Sequence record: LC788708.1
Length of the DNA: 64,000 nt
Direction: 5' to 3' (one strand)
Source: Escherichia coli phage AZ21
The notes below the pieces were generated by a model. That model had not been told where the DNA came from. It ran no database searches and saw only the letters and a program-made list of their open reading frames with translations. Both the position numbers and the translations under genes were made by a program. Of this stretch, positions 34,139-40,391 are shown piece by piece. The first letter of the stretch is position 1. Every line of letters starts with the position of its first letter.

Positions 34139-34876
34139 TCGGATTCGCACATGCTCTAGGGCAGTTTTTCATCTACTATAAATATCCTAGGCCGGTTTTC
34201 CTATACAGGGCGGTTATGGGGAGGGCGGTTATTTCTAGACAATAAAATTTACTCTTGTCAGTCCAGAAATTACTGTCGGATTTGCACATTGTGTTTCTAG
34301 AAATTTATGGTCGGATTTGCACAATTGCCTAAGTTTTTAGGAACATATAATCTCCTGAAAATGGCAGCATTATTTCGGGCCGAAGGCCCATGATTGCCTG
34401 AGTTTTTTTAGAGACACAGAAATTTTCACTTGTCAAGCTATTTTGCCCCATTTTGCTAATAAAATTTTACTTTATCTCCCCTAATCTCAAATTAACCCAA
34501 ATCTTCTCAACTCTTCTCCAAAATCCCCGCAAATCAGGTGCTCCGCACCAAACATGCGCCCCTCCCGTAGTTCCCCCAAGTTTCTCTCGATCTCTCAACT
34601 TCTCCCCAAACTCATACAATCACACACCCTCCAATCGAAGTCACAAAAATCTTGTCGGATTCGCACAAATAAACCCATGTCGGATTTGCACATATTCTAG
34701 TTAATTCCACAGGATTGATGCGCAGCATCGGATTGCTGGAGTTTTTGGGAGAATTCATTGTCGGATTCGCACACTATAAAAATTTTTCGGGTCGGATTTG
34801 CACACTACCAAAAATTGTCGGATTCGCACATACACGCCCACGCGTAATCCATGGGGGCAAATGTCGGATTTGCACA
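34139..34876 (+). repeat. array of nine direct 14-bp iterons GTCGGATT(T/C)GCACA
   Basis: Copies start at 34139 (lacks the first G), 34275, 34310, 34654, 34679, 34760, 34791, 34817 and 34863. All share one orientation. Confidence 0.9.
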
Positions 34877-34881
34877 AAAGC

Positions 34882-34899
34882 GCAGGGCAATTGCCCTGC
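34882..34899. repeat. perfect 18-bp palindrome GCAGGGCAATTGCCCTGC
   Basis: Read directly from the sequence. Confidence 0.9.
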
Positions 34900-34904
34900 T
34901 TGCC

Positions 34905-35100
34905 TGAATGCGAATGATAATGAGAATCATTTGCATTTAAAAAGCGGAATGAGAATGATAATAATTCGCATTTAAGAATGGAAGTGAGAATTATTCAGGA
35001 AGTGAAACGATTCTCATTTAAAAAGTGAAACGATTCTCATTTAGAAAGTGAAACGCGAATGATAATGATTCGTATTTAAGAATGGAAGTGAGAAACACTA
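34905..35100. promoter_or_regulatory. cluster of Fur-box-like imperfect palindromes and short tandem repeats
   Basis: 19-mers at 34916-34934 and 34951-34969 match GATAATGATAATCATTATC at 16/19 and 15/19 by hand. A 23-bp unit AGTGAAACGATTCTCATTTAAAA is tandem at 35001 and 35024. A ~40-bp direct repeat lies at 34947-34990 and 35054-35094. Confidence 0.6.
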
Positions 35101-35281
35101 TTATTTAAGTTATCCACAGACTTATCAACAGCACGATTTGACTTGACAGAATCCTAGCCATTTTGAGGCGTTATCAACAGACTTATCAACAGCTTATCCT
35201 ACTGTATAAATATACAGTATTCCTATGCAGTGAATAATTCTAATATACAGCTAAAACGCTCTCAAACGCATTCTAACGCGT
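35086..35281. repeat. left arm of a ~200-bp imperfect inverted repeat carrying DnaA-type boxes
   Basis: TTATCCACA at 35110. TTATCAACA at 35122, 35171 and 35183. Aligns with the reverse complement of 39128-39330. Confidence 0.85.
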
Positions 35282-35413
35282 TTAATTTTGGTGGGGATAC
35301 TAAAACAAGGGCAAAATTGGAGGAGGCTTGAAAATTAGTTAGCTCGCTAATGATCACACACGGCGACACGTAACACCCTAACCATTAGCAGGCTAACCAT
35401 CGCGGGCGTGGTC

Positions 35414-35434
35414 AAATGAGAATGATTCTCATTT
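35414..35434. repeat. perfect 21-bp palindrome AAATGAGAAT-G-ATTCTCATTT (Fur-box-like core)
   Basis: Read directly. The TGAGAATGATTCTCA core differs from TGATAATNATTATCA at one symmetric position pair. Confidence 0.85.
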
Positions 35435-35475
35435 GTGGATTGGGGGCGCTTCCTGATAGTTGCGCCCCGTGATTA

Positions 35476-35589
35476 TTATAGTAGGGGGCAACCGTTACGC
35501 TTTGCCCACTCCCGCCACTCATCTTGGTGCCTAGACTTGCGACGGCGTACTAAAAACCGCTTGTACCAGTGATTAAACCATCGTTTCAT
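35476..35589 (-). CDS. possible 37-aa basic Trp-rich peptide, last gene of the leftward cassette
   Basis: ATGA overlap with the upstream gene's stop. MKRWFNHWYKRFLVRRRK... Below the track cutoff. Confidence 0.35.
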   Translation of the reverse strand: MKRWFNHWYKRFLVRRRKSRHQDEWREWAKRNGCPLL

Positions 35590-35789
35590 AAATCCTCCTC
35601 CGGTAGTCGATGCGTGATCTTTTCCTCCTCCCCATAGGAATCCACCAAATACTGATAATAACCATCGTGATCATAAATCACTTTATCATATTCCCCACGC
35701 TCGACCGCTTGCCGATTTTCCAACGTATCAGGCACAAAGAAAGTATCAACGGTAACAGTAGTTTTAGTTACAACAATTTTATCACTCAT
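35586..35789 (-). CDS. pre-early-region hypothetical protein (67 aa)
   Basis: Co-directional cassette. AGGGG RBS region. Confidence 0.55.
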   Translation of the reverse strand: MSDKIVVTKTTVTVDTFFVPDTLENRQAVERGEYDKVIYDHDGYYQYLVDSYGEEEKITHRLPEEDL

Positions 35790-35809
35790 AATGCCATCGC
35801 CCCTAGAAT

Positions 35810-35828
35810 GAGAATGATTATCAATATC
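35810..35828. promoter_or_regulatory. Fur-box-like 19-mer GAGAATGATTATCAATATC
   Basis: 16/19 to the Fur consensus by hand. Lies in the intergenic gap of the leftward cassette. Confidence 0.45.
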
Positions 35829-35915
35829 ATTGTGAAGCCATTACCAAATCGTAAACGCTGGGAATGTTTCCCAGCGGTATTATTAGACTTATGGCTTTGT
35901 GTTTTTCGCCACCAG

Positions 35916-36116
35916 CTATTCACGGTAGACGCTCCATCCGTCTAGCTTCCATTCTTCCCCCTTGCGAATATTGAAAAACCAATCATTAAAATTGTAACCA
36001 TCTTCTGACATGATCACGCCGTTTTCTTTCATGTACAAAAATTCATCACTAGTAAAATATTGATTACTAACTTTAAAACCTTGTTTCATTTTTTCTAGTG
36101 CTTCATCTTTAGTCAT
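35916..36116 (-). CDS. small protein (66 aa) with DUF2829/Tad2-like N-terminal pattern (tentative)
   Basis: MTKDEALEKMKQGFKV... and a Trp-rich C-terminal part. ATGA coupling to the upstream gene. Confidence 0.55.
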   Translation of the reverse strand: MTKDEALEKMKQGFKVSNQYFTSDEFLYMKENGVIMSEDGYNFNDWFFNIRKGEEWKLDGWSVYRE

Positions 36117-36457
36117 TGCGCCACCTTTCGAAACGCTGTTTCAATACTATCCGCAGTGGATTGAATATATGCGCCTTTGAGTATCAGCCGCTCGGTGCAT
36201 ATCTTGCGAAAAATATTAATAAAATCGTCCTCATTTTCTGCGATTAATGCCTCACCCATAACCTGAACGTCGCAAGATGCAAAGGTCAAAAATTGAAACG
36301 CTAGTTCACGGGCAACGACCGCATTGATTTTATAATGCGCCTTGCCTTCATAGATATTAATAACGCCCTTATAAGCTGGCGAAAGCTGATTTAAGTAGTT
36401 TGCTAATAATGCCGGACGGCAATTAGCAACAAAACGATTGCCCTCATAAATAACCAT
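36113..36457 (-). CDS. hypothetical protein (114 aa)
   Basis: Co-directional cassette. Confidence 0.6.
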   Translation of the reverse strand: MVIYEGNRFVANCRPALLANYLNQLSPAYKGVINIYEGKAHYKINAVVARELAFQFLTFASCDVQVMGEALIAENEDDFINIFRKICTERLILKGAYIQSTADSIETAFRKVAQ

Positions 36458-36584
36458 TTGATAGTCTCCCGATTAGATAGCCAGATAATAACATAAAGAT
36501 CCCCAATAAAAGAGGATCATTCTTAAATAAGGTGGCGGTAAAACCGCCAACCATTGCAAGGAGAATAACAATAATGCTTTTCAT
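36444..36584 (-). CDS. possible 46-aa 2-TM peptide
   Basis: ATGA overlap with the upstream stop. MKSIIVILLAMVGGFTATLF...LLLGIFMLLSGYLIG. Below the track cutoff. Confidence 0.45.
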   Translation of the reverse strand: MKSIIVILLAMVGGFTATLFKNDPLLLGIFMLLSGYLIGRLSNGYL

Positions 36585-36793
36585 AGTACCCCACGAAACG
36601 CAGCGTAAAAGGTGGCAAAGTGTTTAACTGTTTCAGCAATCACGTTGCCGCGCTTATCAAATTTCTTTTCTGTAACACGAAAGGCATTTTTATTACGTGC
36701 TACATATTCGATTTTACAATCTTCCCGCTCGAACGTGTTAACATCCACCAGCTTAAAGCCTTTCGAACGTGCAAGAGAAACGTTGCGGATCAT
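36581..36793 (-). CDS. hypothetical basic protein (70 aa)
   Basis: AGGGGA RBS. Confidence 0.55.
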   Translation of the reverse strand: MIRNVSLARSKGFKLVDVNTFEREDCKIEYVARNKNAFRVTEKKFDKRGNVIAETVKHFATFYAAFRGVL

Positions 36794-36795
36794 TT

Positions 36796-36978
36796 TTATT
36801 CCCCTTTACTAGTCATGCAGCCCAGCAGATAAGAAAATACAGCGATGCCAGCACCAATAGTAACCATTGGTTTTATATTTACTAAACCGCAATAGGAATC
36901 CTGAATACCATAAGCGGTGGCGAAAAGAGTCAAAATAGCGCCCAAGATACCCGCTAAAATAGCTCGAAAAATAACCAT
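36796..36978 (-). CDS. 2-TM membrane protein (60 aa)
   Basis: GAGGAG RBS. Two hydrophobic helices. Confidence 0.55.
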   Translation of the reverse strand: MVIFRAILAGILGAILTLFATAYGIQDSYCGLVNIKPMVTIGAGIAVFSYLLGCMTSKGE

Positions 36979-37027
36979 TTGTAATACTCCTCTAGTTAGT
37001 GGGGCGAAAGTAACGCCCCGTTATTAA

Positions 37028-37258
37028 TTACATTAAAATAATTTTTGCCGCTTGTTTTTTGGTACAGTGTTCCGCTTTCAGGGTGTCCAGCAAAAAGCCC
37101 GCCGTTTGCTGATCGATTTTATCGGCATTATATAGTTCTTGGATGGTGTTATAAGTTTTAGCAATGCCGTATTCTTGTACCATTTCTTGAATAATCCAGC
37201 GATTTGATACCCAGCCTTTACCAGTGAAAAGAGCGTCAGAAGAAGAGTAAGCAACCAT
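37028..37258 (-). CDS. hypothetical protein (76 aa)
   Basis: ATG 37258 after a GGAGG RBS. The track start at 37291 lacks an RBS. Confidence 0.55.
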   Translation of the reverse strand: MVAYSSSDALFTGKGWVSNRWIIQEMVQEYGIAKTYNTIQELYNADKIDQQTAGFLLDTLKAEHCTKKQAAKIILM

Positions 37259-37321
37259 TTTAAGCCTCCAAATTTTTGGGAAAATTTTCAACCGTCCTCA
37301 AACGGTGTAAAGGCATTATAA

Positions 37322-37348
37322 CAAAAAAGGCCGCCATAAAAGGCGACC
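37322..37348 (-). terminator. rho-independent terminator (minus strand)
   Basis: GGTCGCC-ttttat-GGCGGCC followed by TTTTTT on the minus strand. Confidence 0.65.
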
Positions 37349-37364
37349 TTTACAAAACTTTACA

Positions 37365-37859
37365 TTAAACTACTTGTAAGGATTCAATATTGAAACATCG
37401 TTTCAGTTCGTCATGCAAAACGGCATATTCATCCCATCGGGTACTATCAGGAATATAAACAAGCTGTTTTAATCGGTTTGCATATATTACCGCTTTGTTA
37501 TCAATTATCTCGACGCCACCATATTTAATAATTAATTTCATGACGGAATTAATAGGATCGCCGCCGTTTACATATGCGCCGGATTTACTTAATTGATAAT
37601 GATAAAGGCTTGCATATACGTTTTCATTTTCATACCATTCGCCAGTCTCTTCGTCTTCATAGCCATCGCTACCAAAACGAGAAGCATTATCAACAGCCAT
37701 TTCATGAGCAAAAGCGTCCAGATCCGTACCAGCAGGAACAAAATATTCCTCGGTATTCCCTTCCCCGCAATAGCCAGTATGACAATCGACTAAAATGATC
37801 ATATCATGTTTAGCCTTGCTCACTTCCCCTAGCGAGAAGCCGTATTTTTCTTCTAACAT
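37365..37859 (-). CDS. hypothetical acidic protein (164 aa)
   Basis: ATG 37859 after AGGAGACTAATT. Confidence 0.65.
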   Translation of the reverse strand: MLEEKYGFSLGEVSKAKHDMIILVDCHTGYCGEGNTEEYFVPAGTDLDAFAHEMAVDNASRFGSDGYEDEETGEWYENENVYASLYHYQLSKSGAYVNGGDPINSVMKLIIKYGGVEIIDNKAVIYANRLKQLVYIPDSTRWDEYAVLHDELKRCFNIESLQVV

Positions 37860-37923
37860 AATTAGTCTCCTATTAATTAACAAGGAAATAGTAAAGCGGG
37901 GAAATAATCCCCGCTAGATATTA

Positions 37924-38157
37924 TTACTCGTTTTCGGTGTTAGTGGTAAAAGTAGAGATATCGATACCTTTTACCATTTCATCGATCATCTCAGCGATGT
38001 TAAAACTTTGCACCATTTCTAACATTGCCGCTTCCATAGCCGCCCCTGCTACCGCTTTCGCTTTCTGATTAGTCGGGGCGTACTGGTCAACCGCTACACT
38101 CAGCAGGTTAGCGATCACTACACGACCAATCGGCGTATCAATATAGCCTTTGATCAT
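37924..38157 (-). CDS. 77-aa ORF, probably the C-terminal part of the upstream gene
   Basis: Open in the +1 frame relative to 38138-38929. No RBS of its own. Confidence 0.5.
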   Translation of the reverse strand: MIKGYIDTPIGRVVIANLLSVAVDQYAPTNQKAKAVAGAAMEAAMLEMVQSFNIAEMIDEMVKGIDISTFTTNTENE

Positions 38158-38929
38158 AAACGGTGCTTTTTTTAGCCGCTACTTTCGTGATTTGAGTTAG
38201 TGCAATTTTACCAGCTTCCAGTTTTGCAGCGTTTACAACAGCGGATTTATTAGCGGCAACGATATTAGCGATCTTGGTCATGGTATTTTTTCCTTTGTTT
38301 TCAGTAGTTTGAGTATTAACGCTTTGAGTGTTAGAGCTTACAACCTGTTTTTCAATATTGTCAACTGGTTTTAGTGTAAATCCAGCATTTGCAACGTTTG
38401 ATTCATTCCCATACTCTAAATAATCACTAGGGATCAACATGTTGCCACTAGCGCGTTCAAAACATAACACGCCAGTTGTAGAAATTACATTACTATCAGC
38501 ACTTTTGTAATTAGCTGATAGTTCACGCCAAATGCTAGTTAATAACGATCCGACACTATCAGTCCTGATATTACTTACTTTTGTTGCTGTTACTTGCTCT
38601 TTTTCTTGCACGTTATATAATCGCGCAATGTAACCACTATTAGATTCACTATAACCAACAATGATAAAATCAATATCTCTTCCACGTTGATTGCGGAAAA
38701 TGTGATAATCACGGTTGAAAATTACTAGCGCCCTTTTCTGGTCTAGTAATTGTGTGAAATCTTCAACTGAATAATGAGTACCCTCATCGTCTAAAATTCT
38801 ATCATGAATCTTTTCGATAATAGTAGCGGTATGCTGTACGCTTGCCGCGCTACTACCCTCTAACAGATTGCGCAAACTGCCTTTAATAATAGTGGCGTTT
38901 GCTGGTACTGCAATTCTTACAGTAGACAT
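38138..38929 (-). CDS. first gene of the leftward cassette (263 aa as written)
   Basis: GGGAG RBS. Ends 27 nt after an A7 run at 38167-38173. Confidence 0.65.
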   Translation of the reverse strand: MSTVRIAVPANATIIKGSLRNLLEGSSAASVQHTATIIEKIHDRILDDEGTHYSVEDFTQLLDQKRALVIFNRDYHIFRNQRGRDIDFIIVGYSESNSGYIARLYNVQEKEQVTATKVSNIRTDSVGSLLTSIWRELSANYKSADSNVISTTGVLCFERASGNMLIPSDYLEYGNESNVANAGFTLKPVDNIEKQVVSSNTQSVNTQTTENKGKNTMTKIANIVAANKSAVVNAAKLEAGKIALTQITKVAAKKSTVYDQRLY

Positions 38930-38961
38930 TTTATTTTGTCTCCCTCGTTAATCGGTGAGTG

Positions 38962-38991
38962 AATGATAAGGGTAATTTTCTAGCATAGGCA
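38962..38991 (-). promoter_or_regulatory. candidate promoter of the leftward cassette
   Basis: On the minus strand: A-tract, TTGCCT, 18 nt, TATCAT. Confidence 0.4.
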
Positions 38992-39127
38992 AATATTATT
39001 TTACTTTTTTATTTTCCTTGCCTAGCGTCTAATTTTATGCTAACCGCGCAGCGGTGCAATAAAGAGCAAACCACGGCGAAGCCACCAGCCCGACGCATTG
39101 AGGCTTTACTTTAATATTACCTTACAG

Positions 39128-39330
39128 CGTTTAGCTCGTTAGAATGCGTTTTGGGCCACTTAAAATTGATTGCAGTTGTTAACACTACCTTTCTACCCTG
39201 TATATTTATACAGTGGAATAACCTGTGGATAAGTCTGTGCAAAAGTCCTTATATCACCGCCTATCGTGTCAAGTTATTTTGTGCTGTGGAAAACATTGTG
39301 GATAACTTAAATGATAGTGCTTCTCACTTA
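39128..39330. repeat. right arm of the ~200-bp imperfect inverted repeat with DnaA-type boxes
   Basis: TGTGGATAA at 39224 and 39297. TGTGGAAAA at 39285. The shared core CTGTATAAATATACAG is also present. Confidence 0.85.
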
Positions 39331-39554
39331 GGCTAATGATTTCTTATAGTTATTATTTCTCATTAATTTATAAGTATATTATATATTATCAAATAGTTAG
39401 TTGGCTAATGAGATTTTCCGTGATTAATAGTCTGCTAATAATTCAGGTCGTTACAATCCACCAGCATGATTATCATTCTAGCAATTATTAGTCTGCTATC
39501 TTTCCGATACATACTAACAAATAAAAGTCAATTAATTTATTTCATAAAATAAGT

Positions 39555-39591
39555 AGTTATCCACTGGAAAATAAAAGTCAAGTGGATAACT
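39555..39591. repeat. palindrome of two inverted DnaA-like boxes
   Basis: AGTTATCCACT - 15 nt - AGTGGATAACT. A further TTATCAACA lies at 39624. Confidence 0.8.
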
Positions 39592-40034
39592 AGGAAAATT
39601 TCATTTTTGCTTTTGGGGATAAGTTATCAACAAGGCTAGAATGCGCCTAAAACGCTCCAGAACGCGATGAAGTTTTTAGCCACCCCATCATAAGGGGATA
39701 GGCCGTTTATCGCTGCCACGAGCTTTTTAGATTTTGTCAAGTAGGGGAAAGCAAATATAAATGAAAAAATTACTTGCCTATTTGCTTTATTTTGTGGTAT
39801 TCGCGCCCGTTTCTTTTAATTTTAGGCCGTCGCCGGACGTGGTGCGGTGAATTTTGTCTTTACGTTTCTTTACAAAAATAAGGTTGCGCCATTTTCGGGA
39901 ATCCCCTATTATTTATCACGTAGGGCGGCAATGACGAACTACACGGCGGGAAGTTTACCGCCACGCTCTTTAAAAATTGGGTACATCTTAAAGCCTATCG
40001 GCGGTAAACTTATTTATTATAAGGAATCGACGAT

Positions 40035-40247
40035 ATGAAACAAACTTTATTGATCACTGGCAAGCCTATTAAGGCACTAGATAGCAAAACAAAAAATTTG
40101 TTGACAGTAGCGCAAAGATCGGTAAAATACCGATTCACGCAGTACAAGAAAGACCGCCAGCAAGGTTTAGAAATGATCTGGCGAAACATTATGATTGACT
40201 TGAAAGAAAATCATAAAAAACTGCAAAAAAATTATTTGACAACCTAG
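40035..40247 (+). CDS. doubtful 70-aa basic ORF inside the bracketed segment
   Basis: AAGGAAT RBS-like sequence, but the segment contains several -35/-10-like elements. Confidence 0.3.
   Translation: MKQTLLITGKPIKALDSKTKNLLTVAQRSVKYRFTQYKKDRQQGLEMIWRNIMIDLKENHKKLQKNYLTT
40101..40128 (+). promoter_or_regulatory. candidate pre-early promoter
   Basis: TTGACA, 16 nt, TAAAAT. Confidence 0.45.
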
Positions 40248-40264
40248 CCGATAGGTTTTAAGAT
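40236..40264 (+). promoter_or_regulatory. candidate pre-early promoter of the A2-A1-dmp operon
   Basis: TTGACA, 17 nt, TAAGAT. Confidence 0.55.
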
Positions 40265-40391
40265 GTACCCAGTTCGATAAGAGCGATAACTTGATAAAAT
40301 TTGACGGTCGGTGCTTACCATAATGCGCCCCGCCCCCTAACGGGATATAGCGGCCTACGTGGAGTTCTTTAAATTGATTATAGCGGCGAGA

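Larger units (their letters stand above)
39979..40270. repeat. 23-bp inverted repeat pair bracketing a promoter-dense 246-bp segment
   Basis: GGGTACATCTTAAAGCCTATCGG at 39979-40001 versus the reverse complement of 40248-40270. One mismatch. Confidence 0.85.

Noticed and set aside
34060-34305. Dense CTAG-centred palindromes (TTCTAGAA-like) read as a specific operator family
   Set aside because: CTAG is common throughout this genome, and the flanks of the sites are heterogeneous. It is not distinguishable from composition without statistics.
34139-34876. The iteron array read as a CRISPR array
   Set aside because: The repeats are only 14 bp. Gaps are irregular, from 11 to about 330 nt. There is no leader or cas context in a virulent phage backbone.
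34453-34975. Track ORFs 34453-34704 (83 aa) and 34715-34975 (86 aa)
   Set aside because: The translations are low-complexity Pro/Ser/Cys-Arg-Ile, produced by the C-rich tract and by the iterons themselves (GRICT repeats). There is no RBS.
35610-35945. + strand ORFs inside the leftward cassette (35610-35945, 36612-36812, 36620-36832, 37574-37798, 37593-37793)
   Set aside because: They are antisense shadows of better-supported, RBS-bearing, coupled minus-strand genes.
35086-39330. The inverted-repeat-bounded cassette read as an IS element or transposon
   Set aside because: It has no transposase or recombinase ORF. The arms are long but only imperfectly matched. No flanking target duplication could be seen.
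39151-40038. Track ORFs 39151-39336 and 39847-40038
   Set aside because: They lie within the inverted-repeat arm and promoter-rich non-coding DNA. They have no RBS and an odd composition.
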